Part shown: piece after piece, positions 27,883 through 36,777 of the stretch
Layout: every line of letters starts with the position of its first letter
Numbering within the stretch: position 1 is the first letter of the stretch
Source: Acidilobaceae archaeon
GTDB lineage: Archaea > Thermoproteota > Thermoprotei_A > Sulfolobales > Acidilobaceae
Assembly: GCA_038897215.1 (NCBI GenBank)
Contig: JAWAWX010000001.1
Coordinates: forward strand, 1,056,001-1,120,000
Length of the DNA stretch: 64,000 nt
Direction of reading: 5' to 3'
Translations under genes and position numbers: made by a program
Notes under the pieces: model-generated
Database searches by the model: none
Seen by the model: the letters and a program-made list of their open reading frames with translations, nothing else
What the model was told of the DNA's origin: nothing

Positions 27883-29226
27883 ATGAGGCTGGTCACTCTA
27901 GCCTTCGATAGCATTGATAGCATCGACGCTGGCTGCACTACTCACTTCGCTTCTCTACTACTACTGAAGCTAAGAGGTAGAGTCAAGCTAGCCGACTTAC
28001 CGCTCCTCGTTAGACTCAATCCAGCAATCCCCTGGAAGACTAGAGGAAACGCTTCAGTAGCTCTCAGACTCTACTACGATGGGAGGCTAGAGGAGCTCCT
28101 CGATGAGACCGTAGAGCTAGCCGAAGAGTATAGCGGAGACAGGGAGCTCTACGGTATCACTGTAGCCTCTGGAGCCCCCTGGAGAGACCCCGACTTCAGG
28201 AGGCTCTACGAGAAATCCTTGACCAGCGTGGTCCCAGTAGATGTAGCTGTAGAGCTAGCTGAGCGGAAGAGAGTACTCTGGAGTGGCGGTAGAGGCGTTG
28301 TTGGAGCTCTAGCCGCTCTAGCAGCTCTAGCCGATAGAGAAGACTACACGTTCGAACTCGTAGCTTACAGGAAGCCTGAAGAGTGGGGCTCTGAGAGGTG
28401 TGTTAGAGAAGGGCTCGCAGCGGCTCTCCTCGAGGAAGAGCTCCCTCCGTGTGTGTTCAATAACTATGACCCTTTAACCGGGGAGTTAACTGCTGCTCCT
28501 AGAGGCTACGACCCTGTGCTAGCAGGCTTTAGAGGAGACTGTTACGAGAGCCTCCCCGCTTACTCGAGACTACTCTGCGAGGAGCCCAGCTTCTGGACTC
28601 TATACAGGTCCAATCAGCACACAGACGCGCACGCTAAGCCTCTAGAGGGCAGACTCTACCCCTACGAGTCGGGCTATGTGAGAGGAGTAGTAGTAGATGC
28701 TGAGGTTCTCCCGGGCTCGCATACAGTGGTTGAGATCGAGACGAGTGATGGGAGAGTAGACGCTGTATTCTATAGAGAAACCTTCCCCATGAATAGAGTA
28801 GCTGCTGAGCTGAGAAGAGGCGATAAGGTAGCGGTATACGGTAGCGTGAGACCATACAAGCCTAGAGGTAGAGTAGTCCTAGCCTCCGAGAAGCTAGTAG
28901 TCGAGAGCATAGCTAGAAGAGTCATCCAGGCAAACCCCAGATGCCCACTCTGCGGGTCTAGGCTTGAGAGCTCTGGAGCAGGAAAGAAGCTCAGATGCCG
29001 TAACTGCAGATACGTAGCCAGAGACCAGGCGAAGATAGAGATAGAGGTTGAGACAACGGTATTGCCAGCTGTATACACTCCAAGACCTGGGAGGCTGAGA
29101 CACCTAGTCGCTCCACCTAGCAGAAGGCCTAGGCTAGACTACGAGCTCCCCCTAGAGCCTCTAAGCGTTGAGGATGTCGTGAGTCGTACACCACCCAAGC
29201 CTCCTCTAGTAAAGCATCGTGTTTAA
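27883..29226 (+). CDS. tiaS: tRNA(Ile2) agmatidine synthetase
   Basis: GCTT, LVRLNPAIPWKTRGN, SNQHTD, OB fold, CPLC..CRNC Zn ribbon. Confidence 0.95.
   Translation: MRLVTLAFDSIDSIDAGCTTHFASLLLLKLRGRVKLADLPLLVRLNPAIPWKTRGNASVALRLYYDGRLEELLDETVELAEEYSGDRELYGITVASGAPWRDPDFRRLYEKSLTSVVPVDVAVELAERKRVLWSGGRGVVGALAALAALADREDYTFELVAYRKPEEWGSERCVREGLAAALLEEELPPCVFNNYDPLTGELTAAPRGYDPVLAGFRGDCYESLPAYSRLLCEEPSFWTLYRSNQHTDAHAKPLEGRLYPYESGYVRGVVVDAEVLPGSHTVVEIETSDGRVDAVFYRETFPMNRVAAELRRGDKVAVYGSVRPYKPRGRVVLASEKLVVESIARRVIQANPRCPLCGSRLESSGAGKKLRCRNCRYVARDQAKIEIEVETTVLPAVYTPRPGRLRHLVAPPSRRPRLDYELPLEPLSVEDVVSRTPPKPPLVKHRV
28473..28490 (+). repeat. origin-proximal motif copy B (TTTAAC-CGGGGA-GTTAAC)
   Basis: Inside tiaS. 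Confidence 0.75.
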
Positions 29227-29239
29227 CCGGGGGGTTTAG
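29222..29239 (+). repeat. origin-proximal motif copy C (TTTAAC-CGGGGG-GTTTAG)
   Basis: Overlaps tiaS stop and abuts first ORB. Confidence 0.8.
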
Positions 29240-29240
29240 A

Positions 29241-29638
29241 CCCCCTCGTTTCCTCTGGAGCCCACTCAAGCGAGTCTAGAGCCTTAGCTGAGAAGATGAG
29301 AGGAGCTGTAATCGAGCCGGACTCCTAGACTCTACCCACACCCCTCGTTTTCTACTGGAGAGCTATCTACATGTGAAAAACAAGATTTGAACCTTCACGA
29401 GATAAGAGTAATCGCTGTTCGCGATGCTATAGTTCTAGCTCTGATTAAAGTTTGTATAACGTTTTTAGCAACGGCCGAGCTGTATTCTAGAAAGTCGGCG
29501 CCATGGGGTCTAGTGGAAGTAGAGGGGTGCGGCTCTCGAGAGTATACACTCATGTATAGACATCGCCTCAGCGAGCATCAATGAGACCCCCCCGTTTCCA
29601 CTGGAGCCCACCAGTTACTGTAGATAATTCCCCTGGAG
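29241..29638. other. oriC: chromosomal replication origin (oriC) with ORBs and AT-rich DUE
   Basis: ORB/G-string repeats CCCCCTCGTTTCCTCTGGAG (29241), CCCCTCGTTTTCTACTGGAG (29341), inverted TCTAGTGGAAGTAGAGGGG (29509), CCCCCCCGTTTCCACTGGAG (29587), mini-ORB TTCCCCTGGAG (29628); AT-rich 29370-29470. Confidence 0.88.
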
Positions 29639-29663
29639 TTACTGCTAGCGAGCGGGTCGAGCT

Positions 29664-30407
29664 TTGAGCTGCGACCCTCTCATAGAGGCTGCTCGAGGAG
29701 CACTCGACTTAGTCAGAGGCCTCCTAAGAGAGAACACTATCCTAGGAGCGGGGACTGGCAGGACTGTAGTAGCGTTCCTCAACATGCTCTCACGAGAATC
29801 CCCCAAATCTATCTACGTGGTGCCATCTAGTCTAGATACAGCTCTCCTAGCCTCACGCTTAGGCTTCAGAGTCCTCGACCCTAGGACCGTAGAGTCTCTA
29901 GATGTCTATGTTGATGGAGCAGATGAGGTCGACGAGAGAGGCTTTATGCTCAAGGGGGGCGGTGGAGCAATGCTCGGAGAGAAGATAATGGCCTACAGTA
30001 GCTCTCTAAACGTGTTCGCGGTATCAGAAGACAAGCTAGTAGAGAGGATCGGGTCGAGGAGACCTATCCCAGTAGAGGTGGAGCCAGGCTATCTGGCTAT
30101 GGTCTTGAAGACTCTTGAGTCTATGGGGCTTAGAGGGACTCTCAGAGAGTCAGTGGGTAAGAAGGGCCCCCTGGCTTCAGACTGGGGAGGAGTCATAGTA
30201 GACGTGGAGACAGAACCGTTAAGCGACCCGGAGAGCTTGGAGAGAGTTTTGAAGAGCGTGCCGGGAGTCCTGGAGACAGGCATATTCGCTGGCTACGCTG
30301 ACTACGTGGTAGTAGGCTTCTCGCGATGCGGGTATAGAGTGCTGAGATTCGAGAGAACTAAGCGTCGCCAGCATCAGAGCTTCGAGCAGCTAAACCCCCC
30401 GGTTTAA
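29664..30407 (+). CDS. rpiA: ribose-5-phosphate isomerase A
   Basis: GAGTGRT, DGADEVD, KGGGG..LGEK. Confidence 0.95.
   Translation: MSCDPLIEAARGALDLVRGLLRENTILGAGTGRTVVAFLNMLSRESPKSIYVVPSSLDTALLASRLGFRVLDPRTVESLDVYVDGADEVDERGFMLKGGGGAMLGEKIMAYSSSLNVFAVSEDKLVERIGSRRPIPVEVEPGYLAMVLKTLESMGLRGTLRESVGKKGPLASDWGGVIVDVETEPLSDPESLERVLKSVPGVLETGIFAGYADYVVVGFSRCGYRVLRFERTKRRQHQSFEQLNPPV
30390..30407 (-). repeat. origin-proximal motif copy D (TTAAAC-CGGGGG-GTTTAG)
   Basis: Overlaps rpiA stop; inverted relative to copy C (17/19 identity over 29221-29239 vs 30390-30408). Confidence 0.8.
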
Positions 30408-30426
30408 CGAGCGAGACTCGAGAGTC

Positions 30427-30795
30427 TTGAGCGTAGAGGATGCCGGGAGCTCGGCTGGAGCTCGGAGAGAGCCTCATAGCAGAGCCTCTGCTCTAGGGCT
30501 CTCCGGTAGATTCGTTCTACTAGACTCGAGCCTCGGTCTCTGGGCTTTCTTAGGCAAACACAACGACTACATCATAGTAGAGGGGCTTTATTGCAGTTGC
30601 TACGAGTTCCTGAAGCGCGTGAAGGAGAGGAGGTGTGTTCACCTAGAGGCTCTCGACTTAGCCAAGAAGACTGGGAGGTATAGAAGGCTGAGCTACTCTA
30701 GAGTAGAGGATGTCGCGAGCATAGTGTGGGAATGCCTGACTCTAAGCCACAGCCCTAGACTCAGGTCTCTAGTGTACGGTGAGAGAGGAGTCTAG
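30427..30795 (+). CDS. SWIM zinc-finger protein
   Basis: YCSCYEF...CVH. Confidence 0.75.
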   Translation: MSVEDAGSSAGARREPHSRASALGLSGRFVLLDSSLGLWAFLGKHNDYIIVEGLYCSCYEFLKRVKERRCVHLEALDLAKKTGRYRRLSYSRVEDVASIVWECLTLSHSPRLRSLVYGERGV

Positions 30796-30800
30796 AGAAC

Positions 30801-30962
30801 TCATAAGAAGATATGGAGTACTCCCACTAAGACAGCTAAAGCTATAGCCGCTAGGAGCACAGCTATCGGTGATAGCTTAAGCCTGCCCTCGAACTCCTCG
30901 TAGAACGATATCAGACCAGCAGCGCTCATAGGCCCCCCGGTTCTCCTCCTTCTACTCGACAC
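30801..30962 (-). CDS. secG: preprotein translocase Sec61beta/SecG (missed by ORF track)
   Basis: MSSRRRRTGGPMSAAGLISFYEEFEGRLKLSP plus TM helix. Confidence 0.9.
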   Translation of the reverse strand: MSSRRRRTGGPMSAAGLISFYEEFEGRLKLSPIAVLLAAIALAVLVGVLHIFL

Positions 30963-31013
30963 TCAGAAGACACCCCCAGGTTTCCGTACAAGTCTTCTCT
31001 AGAGGTTAATACT

Positions 31014-31379
31014 CTAATCGCAGCTCGCGGTCTCCAAATCGCTTAGATACTTCTTCCTCAAAGCCTCTTCTACATCGACTCCGACTAGATTAGCTATGCT
31101 GAGAGTCCACGCTACGATATCAGCTATCTCCTCCTCTACTCTAGAATAATCTCTCGAGAGTAGTGCTTCAGCGAGCTCTCCAACTTCCTCAACGAGCCAC
31201 GCGAATGTAGCGTAGAGCCCTCTCTCGCTATCTCTCTCGTAGTAAGCTCTCCTCATAGCCTCCTGGACACACCTCAGCTCCACGAGGTGGAACCCTAGGA
31301 GCTCTAGAACACCCAGCACTCTAATAGCGTTCACCCTCAACGAGCGTTCGAGCCTCTCACCAACTTCACATGATTCCAC
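31014..31379 (-). CDS. MazG-like nucleotide pyrophosphohydrolase (true start likely about 90 nt downstream)
   Basis: RDSERG..WLVEEVGELAEA..EEIAD. Confidence 0.85.
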   Translation of the reverse strand: MESCEVGERLERSLRVNAIRVLGVLELLGFHLVELRCVQEAMRRAYYERDSERGLYATFAWLVEEVGELAEALLSRDYSRVEEEIADIVAWTLSIANLVGVDVEEALRKKYLSDLETASCD

Positions 31380-31543
31380 ATAACTAGCTCTACTCTCAAC
31401 CAGCAGACCTCAATGCCCCCACTCGTCCCTCTAAGCTATCTTCTCCAGCTAGGACGAGGTTTTGTGGAGCTAGTGAACATATATTAGGTCTGCTTTGAGG
31501 AAGTACTTTCTCTATGCCTCGGAGACCTTAGAGGACGAGATTC

Positions 31544-32899
31544 TTGGGTTTAATTACTGAAGCTCGGAGCAACAGCATGATTGACGAGCTGGTAGAGATT
31601 GCTAGAGTTGAAGGCGTGGACTACGAGTCACTTAGAAGAAGCGTGAGTCAAGGCAGGGTTATTGTAGTGAGGAATCTTAAGAAACGTAGAGTCAGGCTTG
31701 TCGGGATCGGGGAAGGTCTCAGAACTAAGGTGAATGTGAATGTTGGCACGAGCGGGACAGTTGTAGACATAGACCTTGAGGTCAAGAAAGTCGAGACAGC
31801 GGTCAAGTTTGGGACAGACACGTTAATGGATTTGAGTACAGGAGGCGATCTCGATGAGATAAGAGCGAGATTGATGGAAGCCTCTCAAGGAGTTCCTTTC
31901 GGCACTGTACCCACATACCAGGCGTGGATCGATGGAGTCAGGAAGTATGGGAGTATCAACATACCCTCAGACTGGTTTCTCTCAGTAGTGGAGAAGCATT
32001 TACGAGACGGAGTCGACTTCATGACCATACACGCAGGCATAACGCTAGACCTAGCCAAGAGAGTTCTGAACAGCAATAGAATAATGCCTATCGTCAGTAG
32101 AGGAGGAGCTATGCTAGCTGTGTGGATGATAGAGAATAGTGAAGAAAACCCCTATCTCAAACACTGGAGCTATCTCCTCGAGCTGTTTAGAGAATACGAT
32201 GCAGTGATTAGTCTCGGAGATGCTCTGAGACCCGGGGCTATAGCTGATGCCCACGACGAGTTCCAGATATCGGAGCTAGTGAACAACTCAAAGCTAGCTA
32301 AAGATGCTGTAAGCAAGGGGGTTCAAGTGATGATAGAAGGACCGGGCCACATGCCTCTCGATAAAATAGTTGCTGATGTTAAGCTAATGAAGTCTCTCAG
32401 CGGGGGTCTACCATACTATCTGCTTGGTCCTCTCGTGACAGACGTGGCTCTAGGCTACGACCACATAGCCGCAGCTATCGGGGCAGCTATAGCTACAGCT
32501 GCAGGTGCAGACCTGATATGTTATCTCACTCCATCAGAGCACCTAGGGCTACCCGGCTTAGAGCAGGTGAAGGAAGGCTTGATAGCAGCCAAGATAGCAG
32601 CTCACGCTGGAGACATAGTCAAGCTTGGTGGAAGAGTCGCTATACGCGATGTAGAGATGAGTATTAGGAGAGCAGCTCTAGACTGGGACTACCAGATCTC
32701 GAGGTCCTATGACCCCGAGAGAGCTACTAGACTCAAGAACCTCTTCTCCCAGCAGATAGATTCCTGTACTATGTGTGGACAGTATTGCGTATTCCTTCTA
32801 CTATCGAAGCACCTAAATGGCAGAAGGTTAAGAGTAGACGAGGTCATAGAGAGGTTTAGAGAGAGGAGGAGCACAGCGACCGATGCCCTTCTCTCGTAG
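31544..32899 (+). CDS. thiC: phosphomethylpyrimidine synthase
   Basis: KVNVNVGTS, MDLSTGG, SRGG, EGPGH, CTMCGQYC. Confidence 0.97.
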   Translation: MGLITEARSNSMIDELVEIARVEGVDYESLRRSVSQGRVIVVRNLKKRRVRLVGIGEGLRTKVNVNVGTSGTVVDIDLEVKKVETAVKFGTDTLMDLSTGGDLDEIRARLMEASQGVPFGTVPTYQAWIDGVRKYGSINIPSDWFLSVVEKHLRDGVDFMTIHAGITLDLAKRVLNSNRIMPIVSRGGAMLAVWMIENSEENPYLKHWSYLLELFREYDAVISLGDALRPGAIADAHDEFQISELVNNSKLAKDAVSKGVQVMIEGPGHMPLDKIVADVKLMKSLSGGLPYYLLGPLVTDVALGYDHIAAAIGAAIATAAGADLICYLTPSEHLGLPGLEQVKEGLIAAKIAAHAGDIVKLGGRVAIRDVEMSIRRAALDWDYQISRSYDPERATRLKNLFSQQIDSCTMCGQYCVFLLLSKHLNGRRLRVDEVIERFRERRSTATDALLS

Positions 32900-32906
32900 G
32901 CAGTAT

Positions 32907-33680
32907 TCAAGTACCTATGATTATCCCCCCTTCACATATCTGCTTCAGTAATCTCACAGCAGATAAGACTGCGAGATAGCTCGTCTTAGGGTTGCTAGGG
33001 TGAGGCTTATTCTCTACCCTCACGTATACTCTGGACGCTTCACTCTCAATCTCTATCTCATGAACGTTGACCTCTAACCCTCTTCTAGCCCATATCTCTA
33101 CAGTGGCCTCCATTCCTGCTGCTAGCGTTAGTGTAGCAGCTACGTTCACGTTAGCTGGGTATAGTCTCACAGCCTCTGAGGCGGGACCCCTGTATAACAG
33201 CTTGTCTTCTCCCTTCTCGATTCCGAGAGCCTCATGACTCTTACTTGTTCTCAAAACAACTCTATGCACCTTCTCTAACGCTAGAGCTTTGACTGCATCT
33301 ATGCCAGCTATCGCTCCTGTAGGCATGTATATCTTCACGTTCTTCATCCTAGCTAGCTCCTCTATCTCACTATAAAGCTTCTCGTCGAGAAGAGCTCCAA
33401 CGCTGAGCACGATAACGCTGACCCCTTTCTCTACTATTCTCGGCACGTATCTTCTCACAGCTTCCTGAGAAGCGGCTTCGACTACTATGTCCGGGTTCTT
33501 CTCGAGTAGACACTCTAGCTCACTACAAACCTCTACACCTCTAGACACTGCGGTAAGCTTTTCGCACTTCTCCGGGACAATATCCATGACTGCAACTAAG
33601 TCGGCTTTCACAGTGCCATTCGCTATATACTTGGCTAGAGTGGAGCCTATGGCTCCGCATCCAATAATCGCTACTCTCAC
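32907..33680 (-). CDS. nadX: L-aspartate dehydrogenase
   Basis: GCGAIG, EAAS, GAIAGID, PANVNVA, NPKTS. Confidence 0.93.
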   Translation of the reverse strand: MRVAIIGCGAIGSTLAKYIANGTVKADLVAVMDIVPEKCEKLTAVSRGVEVCSELECLLEKNPDIVVEAASQEAVRRYVPRIVEKGVSVIVLSVGALLDEKLYSEIEELARMKNVKIYMPTGAIAGIDAVKALALEKVHRVVLRTSKSHEALGIEKGEDKLLYRGPASEAVRLYPANVNVAATLTLAAGMEATVEIWARRGLEVNVHEIEIESEASRVYVRVENKPHPSNPKTSYLAVLSAVRLLKQICEGGIIIGT

Positions 33681-34534
33681 TTTTCGAGCACCTCGACTAT
33701 CTCTAAGCTCATATCTATCGCTGGAGAAGACATAGTGATCCAGCCGCAGCTGATCACATCAACTCCTGTTTTCGCGTACTCCTCAACGTTCTCTAGATTT
33801 ATCCCTCCAGAAGCCTCTAGCAAGACTCTTTCTCTCAACCCTCTCCTCTTAAGCTCCTCGACTACCGCTCTTATCTCGCTCGGTTGAACGTTATCAAGCA
33901 TCACTATATCGGCTCCCGCCTCGACAGCCTTCAGGGCTTCTTCAATAGTGGAGACCTCTACTTCCACCTTATGAGCGAAGCTCGTCTTCTCTCTCACTCT
34001 CCTCACTGCTTCCGAGACGTCTCCAAGTATTCTCAAATGATTCTTCTTGATCAACACGGCGTCACTGAGCGAGAATCTATGCGTATCACCTCCTCCAGCT
34101 AGCACAGCCTTCTTCTCGAAGTATCTCAGTAGAGGAGAAGTCTTCCTGGTGGCGGCTATCCTTACGTTAGGATTGACTCTACGAGCTTTCACGACCATAT
34201 TTCTAGTAGAGGTAGCTATACCGCTACAACGCATTAGGAGATTGAGAACAGTTCTCTCAAGCATTAGTATCTTTCTAGCGCTCCCAACGAGTTCCATGAT
34301 TATATCTCCTTTCGAGAACTGCTCTCCATCTCTCAGTCTACGCCTAACCTCTATACCCATCTTCTCCAGAACAGCCGCTAGGTCGTCTATGCAAGCGACC
34401 ACCCCATCCTGCTTGGCTTTGATGACAGCTCTAGCTAGCGTAGTCTCCGGGATAAGCTTCTCGGTGGTTATGTCTCCGAAGGGTAGGTCTTCTTTCAGCA
34501 TTTCTAGGAACACATTGTACACTATTTCTTCCAC
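33677..34534 (-). CDS. nadC: quinolinate phosphoribosyltransferase
   Basis: TRKT, HRFSLSD, EVEV, MLDN, EASGGI. Confidence 0.95.
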   Translation of the reverse strand: MEEIVYNVFLEMLKEDLPFGDITTEKLIPETTLARAVIKAKQDGVVACIDDLAAVLEKMGIEVRRRLRDGEQFSKGDIIMELVGSARKILMLERTVLNLLMRCSGIATSTRNMVVKARRVNPNVRIAATRKTSPLLRYFEKKAVLAGGGDTHRFSLSDAVLIKKNHLRILGDVSEAVRRVREKTSFAHKVEVEVSTIEEALKAVEAGADIVMLDNVQPSEIRAVVEELKRRGLRERVLLEASGGINLENVEEYAKTGVDVISCGWITMSSPAIDMSLEIVEVLEK

Positions 34535-35487
34535 GGGATAGGCTCACCTAGAGCTAGAAACGTGTTCTTTATAGCTTTACGCACTCTCTCCGCTACCTCT
34601 TTGTCGACGACGACTCTATACACTTTGTTCTTTAAGCTCAGGTAGACTTTCTCGATAGTTATCTTCTTCATATCCCAACATATAGCCTCGCTTGACGCTG
34701 GGATGAAGACCTTGCCCGGATTCTCTCTAAGCATCCTGTATATTATGCCTACCTCGGTTCCAACCAGGAAGACTCTACTATCGCTTCTCCTAGCTCTCAC
34801 AATCATCTGGCTCGTGCTCCCGGTATAGTCAGCTAGTCTTCTTACTCCTCGAGGGCACTCTGGATGGACTAGGACCTCTGCTTCTCCATATATTCTCTTC
34901 AACTCGAGAATGGCTTCTTCGCTGAAGCGTTGATGTACTGGGCAGTGCCCATTGGCTGGAACAGGGATCACTGTTTTCCCCGTGACTTCAGCTATGTACT
35001 CGGCTAAGTGTCTATCAGGACCGAATATGACTGTATCTTCCTTCAGTGCGGCAACAAGCCTGGCAGCGTTGGCGCTAGTAACCACGTAGTCGGAGTATGC
35101 TTTAACTAGTGCTGGCGAGTTCACATACATCACAATTGGAGCTTTCGGGTGCTTCTTCTTAGCCTTCAACACCTCTTCAGGCGTTATCATAGCAGCCATG
35201 GGGCACCTGGCTTCCGGGTCTGGATGGAGAACAATAGAGTCTTCATTTAATATAGCTGCTTGCTCAGCCATGAAGTCCACCCCGCAGAAGACTATGTATC
35301 TCGCTTTCGTCTCGCTAGCTTTGATCGAGAGCTCTAAGCTATCACCTACGTAGTCTGCGACTTCTTGAACTTCAGGTTTCTGGTAGTTATGAGCTAAGAC
35401 GACCGCGTTCAGGTCTCTCTTAAGCCTCGCTATTTCCTCATAGTAGTTTATCTTCATTACAGTAGTCCCTAGCGGGACAGCACTCAC
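34522..35487 (-). CDS. nadA: quinolinate synthase
   Basis: LAHNYQ, CGVDFMAE, CPMA, CPVH, HPEC. Confidence 0.95.
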   Translation of the reverse strand: MSAVPLGTTVMKINYYEEIARLKRDLNAVVLAHNYQKPEVQEVADYVGDSLELSIKASETKARYIVFCGVDFMAEQAAILNEDSIVLHPDPEARCPMAAMITPEEVLKAKKKHPKAPIVMYVNSPALVKAYSDYVVTSANAARLVAALKEDTVIFGPDRHLAEYIAEVTGKTVIPVPANGHCPVHQRFSEEAILELKRIYGEAEVLVHPECPRGVRRLADYTGSTSQMIVRARRSDSRVFLVGTEVGIIYRMLRENPGKVFIPASSEAICWDMKKITIEKVYLSLKNKVYRVVVDKEVAERVRKAIKNTFLALGEPIPWKK

Positions 35488-35578
35488 AATCAGTAGTATT
35501 TAAGGATTGATCTAGCGCTCCAGCCGTGAGTCGAGAAGGCAGAGAGTCTCGAGCGCTAGCAAAGACTACTCCCGCATC

Positions 35579-36139
35579 TCACTCTACCAATCCGGCTTCT
35601 CTTAGCCTCCTTAGGATCACGTGGCTGTCTTCGAATTCAAGTGCATCCTCATAGAGCCTCTCTCTATCTATTGACAGCTTCCTCGCTCTCAGAGCTCTAG
35701 CTATATCCTTAAGTCTCTCAATATCGCTAGACCTGCCCGCGTTGGCTTTGAGGACTAGGTGCTCCTCTAGACCTAGCATCCTAACCTCTATGCCCTCTAC
35801 TCTGACAGAGTTCACTCTCCTCTCTAGGAATCCTGGAGGCACGAAGAAATCGTGGATGTTATCGTAAAACTCGAATGGCACCTCTTCGCCGGCAGCTCTT
35901 ATGATGAGTCTAGGAGTCCCGAGCCACGTATGGCCTAGAACCCACTTGTTGCTCGACGCTACAGAAACGAAAGCATCCTCATCGTAGACTAGAGGATTCT
36001 CCGAGAACACATCCACATCATCCCCCAAGTCGCTAGAGCCTAGCATAAGCTCGACTATAGTCCCACCTATCACCACGAACTCGAACCCCTCCGAGTAGAG
36101 CTTCTTGACCGCCTCAGCTAGCGCTCTCCGAGAGACCAC
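35579..36139 (-). CDS. stand-alone nucleotidyltransferase (DUF2204-like)
   Basis: FVVIGG...DVD...LVLKANAGRSSD. Confidence 0.75.
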   Translation of the reverse strand: MVSRRALAEAVKKLYSEGFEFVVIGGTIVELMLGSSDLGDDVDVFSENPLVYDEDAFVSVASSNKWVLGHTWLGTPRLIIRAAGEEVPFEFYDNIHDFFVPPGFLERRVNSVRVEGIEVRMLGLEEHLVLKANAGRSSDIERLKDIARALRARKLSIDRERLYEDALEFEDSHVILRRLREAGLVE

Positions 36140-36186
36140 AGGAGAACCCCCGCCTTCCCGCCTAGCTCAAAACTTTATACGTCTAG

Positions 36187-36777
36187 ATGAGCCGGCTCTT
36201 CACGGGGGAGCTTGTGGACTATCTGAGGGTATTTGTTGCAATAGATGTAGAGGACCCTCTTCTCGTCTCGAGACTAGAGAGACTCAAAGAGTCTATCCTA
36301 TCTACCGGTGTCCCCATGAAGCCTGTGGAGCCTTACAATTACCACATAACCATCAGGTTCATAGGAGAGACTCCTAGAAGAGTTGTAGATGAGATAGTCA
36401 AGCAACTCAAGACACTCTCCTTCAAGCCGTTCAGAGCTACTCTACGAGGACTAGGAGCGTTCCCATCGATCTCGAGTCCTCGAGTAGTCTGGGTTGGGGT
36501 CAGCGAGGGGGAGAGAGAGCTTAGAGAGCTCCGGGACTCCGTGGATTCTCTTCTGAGAAGGCTGGGCATTCCTGCTGAGAGAGAGGAGTTCAAGGCTCAC
36601 GTGACTCTAGCTAGGATAAAGGGGTCAAGAAACATGAGTAGCTTAGTCAAACTCTTGGCAGACCTCTCAGACTACGAGATAGGCTCGATGGAAGTTCGCT
36701 CCTTGAGATTGAAGAAGAGTATGCTCACAAGAGAAGGCCCCATATACGAGACCATAGCAGAGGTCAAGTCTTTATGA
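36187..36777 (+). CDS. thpR: RNA 2',3'-cyclic phosphodiesterase / 2'-5' RNA ligase
   Basis: Two HxT motifs (HIT, HVT). Confidence 0.92.
   Translation: MSRLFTGELVDYLRVFVAIDVEDPLLVSRLERLKESILSTGVPMKPVEPYNYHITIRFIGETPRRVVDEIVKQLKTLSFKPFRATLRGLGAFPSISSPRVVWVGVSEGERELRELRDSVDSLLRRLGIPAEREEFKAHVTLARIKGSRNMSSLVKLLADLSDYEIGSMEVRSLRLKKSMLTREGPIYETIAEVKSL

Noticed and set aside
29387-29584. 65-aa ORF in the tiaS-rpiA gap
   Set aside because: Lies over the ORB/DUE origin elements and has no recognisable motifs.
29241-29638. Repeats as a possible CRISPR array
   Set aside because: Irregular spacing, one inverted copy, ORB consensus and no cas genes.
25836-30407. Origin motif as ThiR-type TAAC-N6-GTTA operators
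   Set aside because: Sites are inside or at the 3' ends of genes, not in thi promoters, and the spacer is conserved, which is not expected for such operators.
31380-31543. TPP riboswitch upstream of thiC
   Set aside because: No CUGAGA or CCUGA...UAAU...AGCG core; only a short CTCGTCC/GGACGAG stem.
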